Origin: a virus
Taxonomy: Duplodnaviria > Caudoviricetes
IMG/VR virus record: IMGVR_UViG_3300028833_000071
Length of the DNA: 64,000 bases
Reading direction: 5' to 3' (one strand)
Part shown: positions 49,657 through 58,928 of the stretch, piece by piece
Layout: each line of letters opens with the position of its first letter
Position numbering within the stretch: position 1 is the stretch's first letter
Made by a program: the position numbers and the translations under genes
The notes under the pieces: generated by a model
The model's input: the letters and a program-made list of their open reading frames with translations, nothing else
Told to the model about the DNA's origin: nothing
Database searches by the model: none

Positions 49657-51213
49657 ATGGGCAAATATAATTCATATTTAGATGTTGAGCCTCAAATAGA
49701 AAATACCAAGGACGGTACTAAGAAAAAGATTAATTTTTGGGGTATTAAAGATAGACAAGACGCAGAAAATATATTAGATGCAATTACTGAACCTGGCGAT
49801 AGTACATTTGCAAGAAAAGGTTTACCTGGTAAAAATATTTTAAGAGCATGGTATACGCCTTCAAGAACTAATATGGGCCTTTTTGTGGTTGTTGCAAATG
49901 AAGCAGTTGAAGATTTTATAAATACAGGCTTAAGAAGCATAATATTTTCATTGCTTAAAAGTAATAATTATGATAAAGAAAAAATAGCAAATCTTGAGCA
50001 TGAAGTTGCACATAAGTTGGAAACAAGTGATAGTTGGGCTGATAAAAGGAAAGCATTGGCAGACGCTGATGTTCATGTTGCTGACCTTTGGCAACGATAT
50101 TTAAATAACATAAATGACCCTGTTACAAGAGAAGCCCTTAAACTATATTCTCAAATTTATACAACAACATCATATGGCCATGCTTTAAGTTTGGCTAATG
50201 TTATGCGTATTAGGGCTATTAACCCCGATGCAACATTTGTACTTTCAGAAACAGTATGGAATTCGTGGGGCTATGGCATTAAAAGAGGTGCTAAAAAATA
50301 TCCTTTATGGGCTGTTCGTTTTACACAAGGAATATCAAAAAAGGATTTGGAAAATGCAAAAGCAAAACTTGGCCATGAACTTGAACAATTAGGTGATTTA
50401 GGCGTTGCTGTTCAAGAAGCAATCCGTATTGAAGCAGAAAAAGAGGCTAATAAAGGTTTGAAACCTATGTTTATACTATATTATGGTTATGATATTGCAG
50501 ATACATATCAATATAATTCCAAAGAGGTAAGTCCTTTGATGTCAAAACCGAATATTTCAAGTAATGTTGTATATAAGTTAAATGCTTTGGCACAAAAACT
50601 TGAAGATGAGAAGGAAAAAGGCTTAGGCGAAAAAGAAAAAGAAATAAGGGATACAACTGACATGAAATATAATGTTGCTTCTGAAACAATGATAAATTTA
50701 TGCGAAAAAAACGGTATTAAAACAGAAGATATAGTTAACAATAGTACCTCTAACCAAAAAAAATTAATAAATTTATTAGATGCCTATTATAATTATATAA
50801 TAAATGCATCTTCAAATAAAAAGAGCCCGAATAAAATCAATGTTTTAAAACCTGAAAATATTCAAAATTATATTCAAGATGCAATTCAATTAACATTATT
50901 AATGAATAGCATTCCATTTAACAAGAATGATTTTACACATTCGGAAATATATAATCAAAACGAAGCGGCAACACTCGGCCCAATTATTAGAACAGCAGCT
51001 GAAGCGATTGGTAAAGCATTGAACCCTAAACAAAAAGATAATGTTAATGAGGGTATTTTTGAAGAAGGTGCATTTGGTTTATCATTTGACGAAGCATTGA
51101 AAAAACTTGGTATTAAAGTAGTTTCCGACAATACGCCTGAAATGCAAATGGAGGCAATCAAAGAGAATTTCAATAAAATGTTAAATAGAATTAATAATCC
51201 TATAATTTATTGA
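49657..51213 (+). CDS. Late protein with ArdC-N-like ssDNA-binding domain
   Basis: SLANVMRIRAINPDATFV....WNSWGYGIKRGAK...YDIADT; C-terminal IKENFNKMLNRI peptide; CTATTTAT at 49634. Confidence 0.65.
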   Translation: MGKYNSYLDVEPQIENTKDGTKKKINFWGIKDRQDAENILDAITEPGDSTFARKGLPGKNILRAWYTPSRTNMGLFVVVANEAVEDFINTGLRSIIFSLLKSNNYDKEKIANLEHEVAHKLETSDSWADKRKALADADVHVADLWQRYLNNINDPVTREALKLYSQIYTTTSYGHALSLANVMRIRAINPDATFVLSETVWNSWGYGIKRGAKKYPLWAVRFTQGISKKDLENAKAKLGHELEQLGDLGVAVQEAIRIEAEKEANKGLKPMFILYYGYDIADTYQYNSKEVSPLMSKPNISSNVVYKLNALAQKLEDEKEKGLGEKEKEIRDTTDMKYNVASETMINLCEKNGIKTEDIVNNSTSNQKKLINLLDAYYNYIINASSNKKSPNKINVLKPENIQNYIQDAIQLTLLMNSIPFNKNDFTHSEIYNQNEAATLGPIIRTAAEAIGKALNPKQKDNVNEGIFEEGAFGLSFDEALKKLGIKVVSDNTPEMQMEAIKENFNKMLNRINNPIIY

Positions 51214-51220
51214 AGATATT

Positions 51221-52276
51221 ATGATAACTGAAGAACGCATAAAAAAGATTATAAATGAGGTGATTAGTGAATATTGTGTCGATGAGAGCGGTGAAGATTT
51301 TGGCGTTAATGTTAAAGGTGATTTAACAATTGATGACATTAAACAAGGTGAAAAACTTTATCATAGGCCTAATGATTCTTCGGACAGCAATCCGCTTTCA
51401 GTTATTAATAGTTTAATGAAATACGGTTTTAGTAGAGAGTATACAGGTAGTAACGGAGGAAATATGTATGGGCCCGGTGTTTATAATGTCTATTCTCTTC
51501 GCTCTTCAAATGACAGGGCGACAGGATATGGTAGATACATAGTGCAATCATATTTATTAGGCGGTTATAAAGATTTTCTGATTTTTAATATTGATATGGC
51601 AAAAAGAATTTATGGAGAAGAATGGCCGATAATCAATCAGATAAAAATGTTAATGCCTGAAAAATTGACACAAAGGGTTTTAAATAACATTAGAGGCTTG
51701 GGCAGTTGTATGAATACCAATAAAACAAGTTATGATATAAAAACATCAGTAACAGCTAAAAAAATTGTTGATTTATTGGGCCCTGATATTGCTAAAACAA
51801 AAATTAGGGGGATTATTTATTCAGGCGGTCATGACGGTGATTGCTGTTTCGTTAGAAATTTTTCAGATGTTGTTCCATATAGTTATTCAAAAGATAACGG
51901 TAGAACATGGACTGTTGGTATAACAGATGAACTTATTTGGAGGGCGGGTCATAATACCGATGTAGAGGCCATAATAAAAAATCGTGTTGATGATAAAGGT
52001 AGAAAAATGTTTTCAGATACTGCGGAAAGAAGTATCAATGGTTTTGTAAGAGTTTATAAGAACAACAAAATGAACTACTTTGAAGTTGCGACAAATAAAC
52101 TAATATCTGATGTATGGTTTGATTTTGGTGAAGAGTTTGAAGACGATGATACAACGAAAGTAGTTTATAATGGGGCTAAATATACTTTAATGAAAAATGA
52201 AGACGGCAGATTTATAGTTTATGATGAAGATGATTGTCCTCTTTGTTATTTGGAAGATTTGCCTGAAAATATTTAA
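51221..52276 (+). CDS. Putative ADP-ribosyltransferase-fold protein with C-terminal WG-repeat-like region
   Basis: KLYHR...SLMKYGF...MYGPGVY...GYGRYIV...RGIIY; N-terminal ITEERIKKIINEVISE peptide. Confidence 0.55.
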   Translation: MITEERIKKIINEVISEYCVDESGEDFGVNVKGDLTIDDIKQGEKLYHRPNDSSDSNPLSVINSLMKYGFSREYTGSNGGNMYGPGVYNVYSLRSSNDRATGYGRYIVQSYLLGGYKDFLIFNIDMAKRIYGEEWPIINQIKMLMPEKLTQRVLNNIRGLGSCMNTNKTSYDIKTSVTAKKIVDLLGPDIAKTKIRGIIYSGGHDGDCCFVRNFSDVVPYSYSKDNGRTWTVGITDELIWRAGHNTDVEAIIKNRVDDKGRKMFSDTAERSINGFVRVYKNNKMNYFEVATNKLISDVWFDFGEEFEDDDTTKVVYNGAKYTLMKNEDGRFIVYDEDDCPLCYLEDLPENI

Positions 52277-52299
52277 ATAAAATTTTAAATTATTTTAAG

Positions 52300-53064
52300 A
52301 TGCAACTAACATACGATGATATACAATATTTAGTATTAGAATCAGTAAATAAAATCCTTTGTGAGAAAAAAAGCCTTATAGATAATTTTGATTTTGTTTC
52401 CAATATTCTTGATATTAATTCGCCTGATGACTTTCATTTTGTACAAATTATAAAAAGGTTCAAAGATAATCAAGGCGATGATAGAAGCAAGGGAAATTAT
52501 CATGGTGGTGCTTGGTATTTAGGTGGTTTTAGAGTTCACAATGCACAAGAGTTAATGGCTTTAAAACCTAAAATAATATCAATATGTGATAAAAATAATG
52601 CAAGGGCTTATATTACAATAAACAATCGTTCAGATAAAGAAACTGATAGTTATATAAAGGTCTATAGAAGACAATTTAAACCAACAGACGCAAGATATAT
52701 CCATGCAGACGAAATAGTACCAGGACAGGCAAAAGACGGCCCTAATTGGGTAGGAAAAAGAAAACGTCTTATCATCGACATAGATGTTCCAAAAGGCACA
52801 AAAACAAAAGAAGGTGATAATCTTTGGGATGAAGTGAAAGATATGATTGAAATGACAGGGATTAAACCATTAGGTGAATATGTAACACCAAGTGGAGGTC
52901 TTCATATTCTTTTACCTGATAAAGAAGATAAAAGATTTGTTTATCTTAAACAATTGTTCAAAAAATTTGATAATTGGAAAGATAAAGGAAGACTTGCTAC
53001 AGTTCATCCAAATGTTGATGCAAAGATAATTTTATATTCAAATGTTCAAACGGCAGGATATTAA
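52300..53064 (+). CDS. AEP primase-polymerase-like protein with N-terminal tag
   Basis: LIIDID, TPSGGLHIL; LTYDDIQYLVLESVNKILCE. Confidence 0.6.
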   Translation: MQLTYDDIQYLVLESVNKILCEKKSLIDNFDFVSNILDINSPDDFHFVQIIKRFKDNQGDDRSKGNYHGGAWYLGGFRVHNAQELMALKPKIISICDKNNARAYITINNRSDKETDSYIKVYRRQFKPTDARYIHADEIVPGQAKDGPNWVGKRKRLIIDIDVPKGTKTKEGDNLWDEVKDMIEMTGIKPLGEYVTPSGGLHILLPDKEDKRFVYLKQLFKKFDNWKDKGRLATVHPNVDAKIILYSNVQTAGY

Positions 53065-53101
53065 ATAAGATAAGGGTGACTATTTTCGCCACCCCATTTT
53101 T

Positions 53102-53464
53102 TTAACAATATTCTCCGACAAGTTTTCTTACCTTAATACCGTTTTCATCATCTTGAAAACCATATACCTCAATAAATGAATCTGTTGCAGAAGACCATTT
53201 CCCATGTTTTTTTGAAACTTGCAACATATCGGCTGTAAATTGTACTTCTTCAACATCATCAAGATTATTTGCATTCAAGTAGTCAATACATAATTGGACC
53301 ATTTGTTCCTGAAGTTCTTTTACATTTTCTTTTGTCGTTGTCGGATTTTCATAATTTTCACATGTCCAATCTGGCCAATGTGTCCTAACTCTTTTTACAA
53401 ATTCTTGTTTTTCATCATTTGAAAGATTAATAAAATCTTCAGCCAATTGTTTTACTTTTTCCAT
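53102..53464 (-). CDS. Hypothetical protein
   Basis: ORF in operon. Confidence 0.55.
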   Translation of the reverse strand: MEKVKQLAEDFINLSNDEKQEFVKRVRTHWPDWTCENYENPTTTKENVKELQEQMVQLCIDYLNANNLDDVEEVQFTADMLQVSKKHGKWSSATDSFIEVYGFQDDENGIKVRKLVGEYC

Positions 53465-53467
53465 GAC

Positions 53468-54280
53468 TTATCGTTTTAAAATAGTTTCATTAAATTCGAT
53501 GATAGTTCTAAACATATCAGTTTCTTTTTGTGTCTTTAGTTTATTTTTGAATTGTTCCATAATAAAATGTGGTAATCCAAAATATGGTTCAGCAATACTA
53601 CAAGCCATTGCTGCTATCGTATCTGTATCTCCACCAATCCAAATTGATTTTCTGATACAATCAATAAAATCATTGCTATTTAAGAAACATATAATGGCCT
53701 CAGGTACAGTTATTTGACAAGTCGCATCAAATTTATGTACAAAAGTTCCAATTTCATTTAGAGGTAATGATAAATTATAATCAAAATCCTCTTCAATAAT
53801 GCGTTTTATGTCTGCTTTACCTGCGCCACTTCTTGCGAGGAATATTGCTTCAGCAATCGCTTGTGCACCTTTTATACCCTCTTCATGGTTATGTGTTACC
53901 TCGGCTGATTTTTTAGCCAAATCAAGACATTCTTCAAGTGTATTGGCAAAAAAAGCACAAGGTGATACTCTCATTCCTGACCCATTTCCGAAACTGTTTA
54001 TAGGCTCAGTGGAATCACTTAAAACCCATGTTTTAAATCTGCCACCATATCCAGCATCAGGATAGTTTGTTGCCCAATCTTTAAGAATGCCGGGCAATTC
54101 TTCAACTGATTTACCATTAGTCCTATTAAGCCACTCCATAATAGCAACGGTAAGCACAGAATCATCTGTGAACTTACCGTCTTTTAAAATTTCAATGCTG
54201 TCGGGACTATTTTCATGTGGATTACGCCACTCGTAAATTGAGCCGCAATAATCACCAATTAAAGCGCCTATATATTGCAT
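53468..54280 (-). CDS. ADP-ribosylglycohydrolase (DraG/ARH family)
   Basis: GALIGD, FTDDSVLT, SFGNGSGMRV, GGDTDTIAAM. Confidence 0.92.
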   Translation of the reverse strand: MQYIGALIGDYCGSIYEWRNPHENSPDSIEILKDGKFTDDSVLTVAIMEWLNRTNGKSVEELPGILKDWATNYPDAGYGGRFKTWVLSDSTEPINSFGNGSGMRVSPCAFFANTLEECLDLAKKSAEVTHNHEEGIKGAQAIAEAIFLARSGAGKADIKRIIEEDFDYNLSLPLNEIGTFVHKFDATCQITVPEAIICFLNSNDFIDCIRKSIWIGGDTDTIAAMACSIAEPYFGLPHFIMEQFKNKLKTQKETDMFRTIIEFNETILKR

Positions 54281-54837
54281 TAGATACGATTGATTTTAAT
54301 CTTTATTACTTTATCACCACTTAGGGTAGTAGTATCATTAGCACATTTATGTGTACAAGGTTTACTTTCATTAGTATTTGATGGCTTACTCTTATTAGTA
54401 TTTGAAGTAAAACGGCCTTTATTATCTCTTGGCTGTGTCTTTGCCTTATTGACTGAAATAAAATTCTTTTCAATATAGTCTTCATTATGCTTACACACAT
54501 TTTTTGCTTTATTAATGAATCTATTAGCGCCTGTTATAAACTTCAAAGCATCATTTTTAGCTGCTATAACTTCAGTTCTTACTTTCCAATAAAGTTTGCT
54601 TTCAGCTCGTGCCAGTGCAATTTTCTTACCAATTTCAACATCAAATATGTCGTTCTTGTCGCACTTTGCATAACCAGTGGCAAACATTCTGAAATTATCC
54701 ATGAAACGGTTACCGCTAAGTCCATTAGGTGTAACAACATCACCTTGCAAATAACATTTTACTGTCTTTGTCTCGTTATCAACAAAAAAATAAGGCTTTT
54801 TTGTGAATCTAATCTTGAAATCATCTCTATACTTCAT
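54280..54837 (-). CDS. Hypothetical phage protein
   Basis: GYAKCDKNDIFDVEIGKKIALARA motif; QPRDNKGRF. Confidence 0.65.
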   Translation of the reverse strand: MKYRDDFKIRFTKKPYFFVDNETKTVKCYLQGDVVTPNGLSGNRFMDNFRMFATGYAKCDKNDIFDVEIGKKIALARAESKLYWKVRTEVIAAKNDALKFITGANRFINKAKNVCKHNEDYIEKNFISVNKAKTQPRDNKGRFTSNTNKSKPSNTNESKPCTHKCANDTTTLSGDKVIKIKINRI

Positions 54838-54903
54838 AGTAATTAAATTTTTAAATTAAACAATTATTTTTCTTTTCTAAAAAATATACAAATAAATTTT
54901 TAT

Positions 54904-55740
54904 TTAATCAAAAAAATTAAGTTCTTCTATCAATTTTTTTCTGTTTTCTTCGTTTGTAAGGTCACAGCCGTCAAATGCCTCGTAAAAATGCCTTGTATAT
55001 GATTCATTATTATATTCAAGGATAAATGTCTTATTGGTTTTTTTGATAAATCTTCCGTATTTTTTGCCTTCATCAAAATCATGCCAATCAATATTTTTTT
55101 CTTGTTTAAGAAGTTTGATTTGTTCATCGGTATTTAATGACATAAGCTTTCCGTGTGGAAGATATGTCTGAGCGGTTTGTTGTTTGCTATTTCTAACACA
55201 GTCAATATTTCTGAATAAAATCCATGCCATAGCATCATTTGCACTATCCACATTCCATACTTTACAATCAAATTCATAAAGTGGACCATTTTTAATAGAG
55301 TCAATGCACATATCAAGCACATTTTCTGCACTGGTATAATAAGGTGTAATTGATTTAAGCCTTTCAATATTTATTATTTGTGAAAACTTTGAAGTTGCAA
55401 GAGAGGCAATAATACTTTGCATTTTGCACATTCTACCACCGAAGAACACATCACCCTCAGGATTATTTTTCTTTATTATAAGTGAGATTTCATCACTTTG
55501 GGTATATCCAAAAATGCATCCTTGTACTTCTTTGCAAAGATATTTTGCCGTTTCATTCATTGCATTGATAAAAATTTCGGAAAACGGTTTTTCAAATTTG
55601 TTTTTAATTTTCTTTGAGAAAGACCTTCCATCAATATGTGCTATTATATACTTATCAGGGTCAAGGAAATGATTTGCCGCTTTCTGATAAGCATAACATT
55701 TTTCTTTAAGCGTCTCCATTGTTATTTCTTTTTTCTTCAA
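54904..55740 (-). CDS. tRNA(His) guanylyltransferase Thg1-like 3'-5' polymerase
   Basis: HIDGRSFS, YTQSDEIS, FDCK, RNIDCVRNS. Confidence 0.9.
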   Translation of the reverse strand: MKKKEITMETLKEKCYAYQKAANHFLDPDKYIIAHIDGRSFSKKIKNKFEKPFSEIFINAMNETAKYLCKEVQGCIFGYTQSDEISLIIKKNNPEGDVFFGGRMCKMQSIIASLATSKFSQIINIERLKSITPYYTSAENVLDMCIDSIKNGPLYEFDCKVWNVDSANDAMAWILFRNIDCVRNSKQQTAQTYLPHGKLMSLNTDEQIKLLKQEKNIDWHDFDEGKKYGRFIKKTNKTFILEYNNESYTRHFYEAFDGCDLTNEENRKKLIEELNFFD

Positions 55741-56095
55741 TTAAACTTTTAACATGACTCATTTGGTCAAGAGTATTTTTTATAGTGTTGTACTTTTCCA
55801 AATATTTAAATGCTTTTCCGATTAATCCGCTATAAAAATCAAGGTATTTTTCCAAAAAATAATCTTCAGCTTTGTCTAAATCTAAAAAATATATATCAAA
55901 AGAATTCTTCCCAAGAAGGAAAGGCTCTATATGAAAAGATTTTCTTTCGTTATCAATAAAAAATAACATTGAGCCATCACTATAAATATGAATATTTGTA
56001 ATACTAATAGTTTCAATCCTAAGTCCATATTCTTTATGCTCCGTAACAGCATAAACTTTATCGCCAATTTTTAAATCTTTAAAACACATAATCAT
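55706..56095 (-). CDS. Hypothetical protein
   Basis: ORF behind a TTGTATATT motif. Confidence 0.55.
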   Translation of the reverse strand: MIMCFKDLKIGDKVYAVTEHKEYGLRIETISITNIHIYSDGSMLFFIDNERKSFHIEPFLLGKNSFDIYFLDLDKAEDYFLEKYLDFYSGLIGKAFKYLEKYNTIKNTLDQMSHVKSLIEEKRNNNGDA

Positions 56096-56325
56096 TTTTT
56101 TAAAAAAATATACAATTTTTATTTGTTAAAAACAAAAAACTTTTTTGAGTACTAGTGCACTAGATATACATTATTAAAAATAATATTTTAAATGATTTTT
56201 ATTTTAATTTTCTATTTAAATTAGATTCTAGTAGCACTAATACTCAAATTTTAATTTCACCTTTTTATATATAAATTTGTTTTTAAATTTTAATTTTTAT
56301 ATATTTTAACAAAAAAGTTTAGAAT

Positions 56326-56892
56326 ATGAAGAAAAAGAAAATTCTAGTCATCATAGACTGTCAAAATGATTTTATCACAGGCAGTTTAAGGAATGAGGAA
56401 GCAATTAAAGTGGTTCCTAACATTGTTGAAAAGATAAATAATTTCAATGGTGATTATATTTTAGTTACCATGGATACGCACGATGAGAACTATCTTGAAA
56501 CAAAAGAAGGAAAAATGTTACCCGTTAAACATTGTATTAAAGGTACGGACGGTTGGAAGATTAATAAAGACATACAAGATGCAATTTGTCTTGCAGAAGG
56601 TAAAAATGATGGAAATCGTGTGATTTATTTTGAAAAGCCCACCTTTGGTTCAACGGTAATGGCTGAATTTCTTGAAATGGACAAAGATTTTGAAGGAAAT
56701 CTTGAAATAGAGTTTTTAGGATTCTGTACAGATATTTGTGTGATTTCTAATGTTTTAGCAGAAAAGGCTATACTATATGATAGGGCCGAAATTACGGTTG
56801 ATGCTACTTGTTGTGCCGGTGTTACACCTGAAAAGCATAAGTCAGCGTTGGAAGTAATGAAATCTTGTCAAATTAAAATAATTAATGATTAA
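56326..56892 (+). CDS. pncA: Nicotinamidase/isochorismatase family cysteine hydrolase
   Basis: IDCQNDF, DTH, HC..GTDGW, EKPTFGS, GFCTDICV. Confidence 0.85.
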   Translation: MKKKKILVIIDCQNDFITGSLRNEEAIKVVPNIVEKINNFNGDYILVTMDTHDENYLETKEGKMLPVKHCIKGTDGWKINKDIQDAICLAEGKNDGNRVIYFEKPTFGSTVMAEFLEMDKDFEGNLEIEFLGFCTDICVISNVLAEKAILYDRAEITVDATCCAGVTPEKHKSALEVMKSCQIKIIND

Positions 56893-57517
56893 TAAAGTTT
56901 TAGATTTCTTTAACATTAAAGCCGATAAATCCCAAAAATTGGTGTTATTAAGTTTTTTTATTTCGGGTTTAATTTCATCATATACATATCCAATTATTCA
57001 AAAATCCATGATAACGGCATTACCGCCTGAATGGATTGCATTTGAAGCCTTATTTTCAGCAATAATGATTTTAATTTTTGGAATGGTATGGAAAGGCAAA
57101 TTCAGAGAGAAAATAATAAATAATTTTTTCTTTTTCTGTATTATTGAATCAATAGCGGGTTTTTTATGTGGAATGTATTTGTGCTTTATAGCCTATAATG
57201 CATGGATATTTGCCATTGCCACTTTGATATATGCCAGTTTTATAACCATCTTAGTTTCAAAATGTATTATGTATTTCAAATCAAAATTATGGCAGGAAAA
57301 AGAACGAGAACAATATGATAATAACATAAGCATTGTAGGTGGAATAACTTGTATAATCGGTTTTGGTATGGCATTATTAACTATGCCGTCATTAAAAGTG
57401 GCCTTGTTTTTGTGGGGAATTTCTTGTATAATAGATGATATAGGTTGGATAATAGTTTATTTGGATAATAATAATGTTTTAAAAAATAAAGAAGATGGAA
57501 ATAATTTGGAAATATGA
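56885..57517 (+). CDS. Polytopic membrane protein (about 6 TM; half-MFS-like)
   Basis: Six hydrophobic segments. Confidence 0.6.
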   Translation: MINKVLDFFNIKADKSQKLVLLSFFISGLISSYTYPIIQKSMITALPPEWIAFEALFSAIMILIFGMVWKGKFREKIINNFFFFCIIESIAGFLCGMYLCFIAYNAWIFAIATLIYASFITILVSKCIMYFKSKLWQEKEREQYDNNISIVGGITCIIGFGMALLTMPSLKVALFLWGISCIIDDIGWIIVYLDNNNVLKNKEDGNNLEI

Positions 57518-58031
57518 TGACGGTCCAGCTTTGATTTCTCCAAAAGTATTTGAAGACGAGCGTGGATATTTTTATGAATCTTTCAATGAAAAAGAGTTTA
57601 AGGAAAAGGTTGCTGATGTTGATTTTGTACAGGATAATCAATCAAAATCTTCTTATGGCGTTTTAAGAGGAATGCATAGTCAGACAGGGGAATATGCACA
57701 GGCCAAATTAGTTAGAGTGGTAAAAGGTGCTGTTGTTGATGTTATTGTTGACGCAAGAGAGGATTCACCTGAGTATGGTAAAGTCTATTATGCTTATTTG
57801 TCAGAAGAAAACCATAGACAATTGTATGTACCAAGAGGTTTTTTACATGGGTTCTTAACCCTTCGTGATGGAACAGTATTCCAATATAAATGTGACAATT
57901 ATTATAATAAAAAATCAGAATGTGCTTTTAATTATAAGTCCATAGATTTTGCTTGGAATGAATATATTGACCCGCAAATAATAAAAGTTTCCGATAAGGA
58001 TGCTAAAAATCCTGATTTTAATTACAATTAA
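57495..58031 (+). CDS. rmlC: dTDP-4-dehydrorhamnose 3,5-epimerase
   Basis: DERGYFYESF, QDNQSKS, GVLRGMH, QAKLVRV, GFLHGF, YKCDNYY. Confidence 0.92.
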   Translation: MEIIWKYDDGPALISPKVFEDERGYFYESFNEKEFKEKVADVDFVQDNQSKSSYGVLRGMHSQTGEYAQAKLVRVVKGAVVDVIVDAREDSPEYGKVYYAYLSEENHRQLYVPRGFLHGFLTLRDGTVFQYKCDNYYNKKSECAFNYKSIDFAWNEYIDPQIIKVSDKDAKNPDFNYN

Positions 58032-58081
58032 TACTACAACTATGAAGAAAAGTAAACTATTTATAAAAAAATAGTTTGGCA

Positions 58082-58249
58082 ATGAAATTAATAGTTGAAA
58101 AACAAGAAAACAAATGGATAATAATGCTCTATGATATGCTTGGAAGAAGAAGATATAATAATATAGATTTTAATTCCAAAAATGAAGCAATTGATTTTTT
58201 ACATAAAGAGTTTAAGGACGATAATGATATTTTAAAAAACATTGAATAA
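58082..58249 (+). CDS. Small hypothetical protein (55 aa; absent from ORF track)
   Basis: MKLIVEKQENKW... behind CTATTTAT at 58057. Confidence 0.45.
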   Translation: MKLIVEKQENKWIIMLYDMLGRRRYNNIDFNSKNEAIDFLHKEFKDDNDILKNIE

Positions 58250-58508
58250 AATGGAAATTAAACCTATAGAAGATTGGACAAAAAGCGAGAATTTTGATGG
58301 CTCAATTTTTATTGATGATGCCAATATTACTTATGCTCAAACGGGTGATTGCGTTAATAATGACCCTCAAGCAATAACAATAAGTGCCATAAATAATGGC
58401 GTTGCTAGATTTTTAAACATTAAAACTGAAGAAAATGGATGGTCTTTTAATGATATAGAAGATTTGGAAAAATTAATTGATGATTTTAAAAATAGAGTTA
58501 AACTATGA
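58242..58508 (+). CDS. Hypothetical protein
   Basis: ORF in operon. Confidence 0.55.
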   Translation: MNKMEIKPIEDWTKSENFDGSIFIDDANITYAQTGDCVNNDPQAITISAINNGVARFLNIKTEENGWSFNDIEDLEKLIDDFKNRVKL

Positions 58509-58864
58509 ATCTAAACATTTCTATCAAATTAGATACTCCAAATCAAAATGGAAGAATATATCCAAAAGACGAAATAATGAAATTTATAAAAAAAATTAAA
58601 ATGAACAAAAGAGATTTGTTAATTGAAATTGGTCATGAGGATTCTATTGTTTTTGAAAATCCTTCTTATGACAATGCCATTATTGGTACAGATGAAAGTG
58701 GCAGGGTTATTTATGATTATAATAAAATGGTTCAATGCTTGATTGACGAAGATGGCATGGAATATGAGGAAGCCTGTGAATTTATTGATTATAATACCAT
58801 TAGAGCATTGCCTTATGTCGAAAATGGCCCAATTGTTCTTATGAATAGTGACATTTTTAAATAA
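58505..58864 (+). CDS. Hypothetical phage protein with N-terminal NQNGRIYP segment
   Basis: YDNAIIG...VIYDY...EEACEFIDYN. Confidence 0.6.
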   Translation: MNLNISIKLDTPNQNGRIYPKDEIMKFIKKIKMNKRDLLIEIGHEDSIVFENPSYDNAIIGTDESGRVIYDYNKMVQCLIDEDGMEYEEACEFIDYNTIRALPYVENGPIVLMNSDIFK

Positions 58865-58886
58865 AAATTGATTTTGATTAATAGTT

Positions 58887-58902
58887 TGGCACGATTATTG
58901 TA
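58887..58902 (+). promoter_or_regulatory. sigma54-like -24/-12 promoter
   Basis: TGGCACG-ATTA-TTGTA. Confidence 0.6.
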
Positions 58903-58928
58903 TAACTAAAATTTAAATTTTCTTAATT

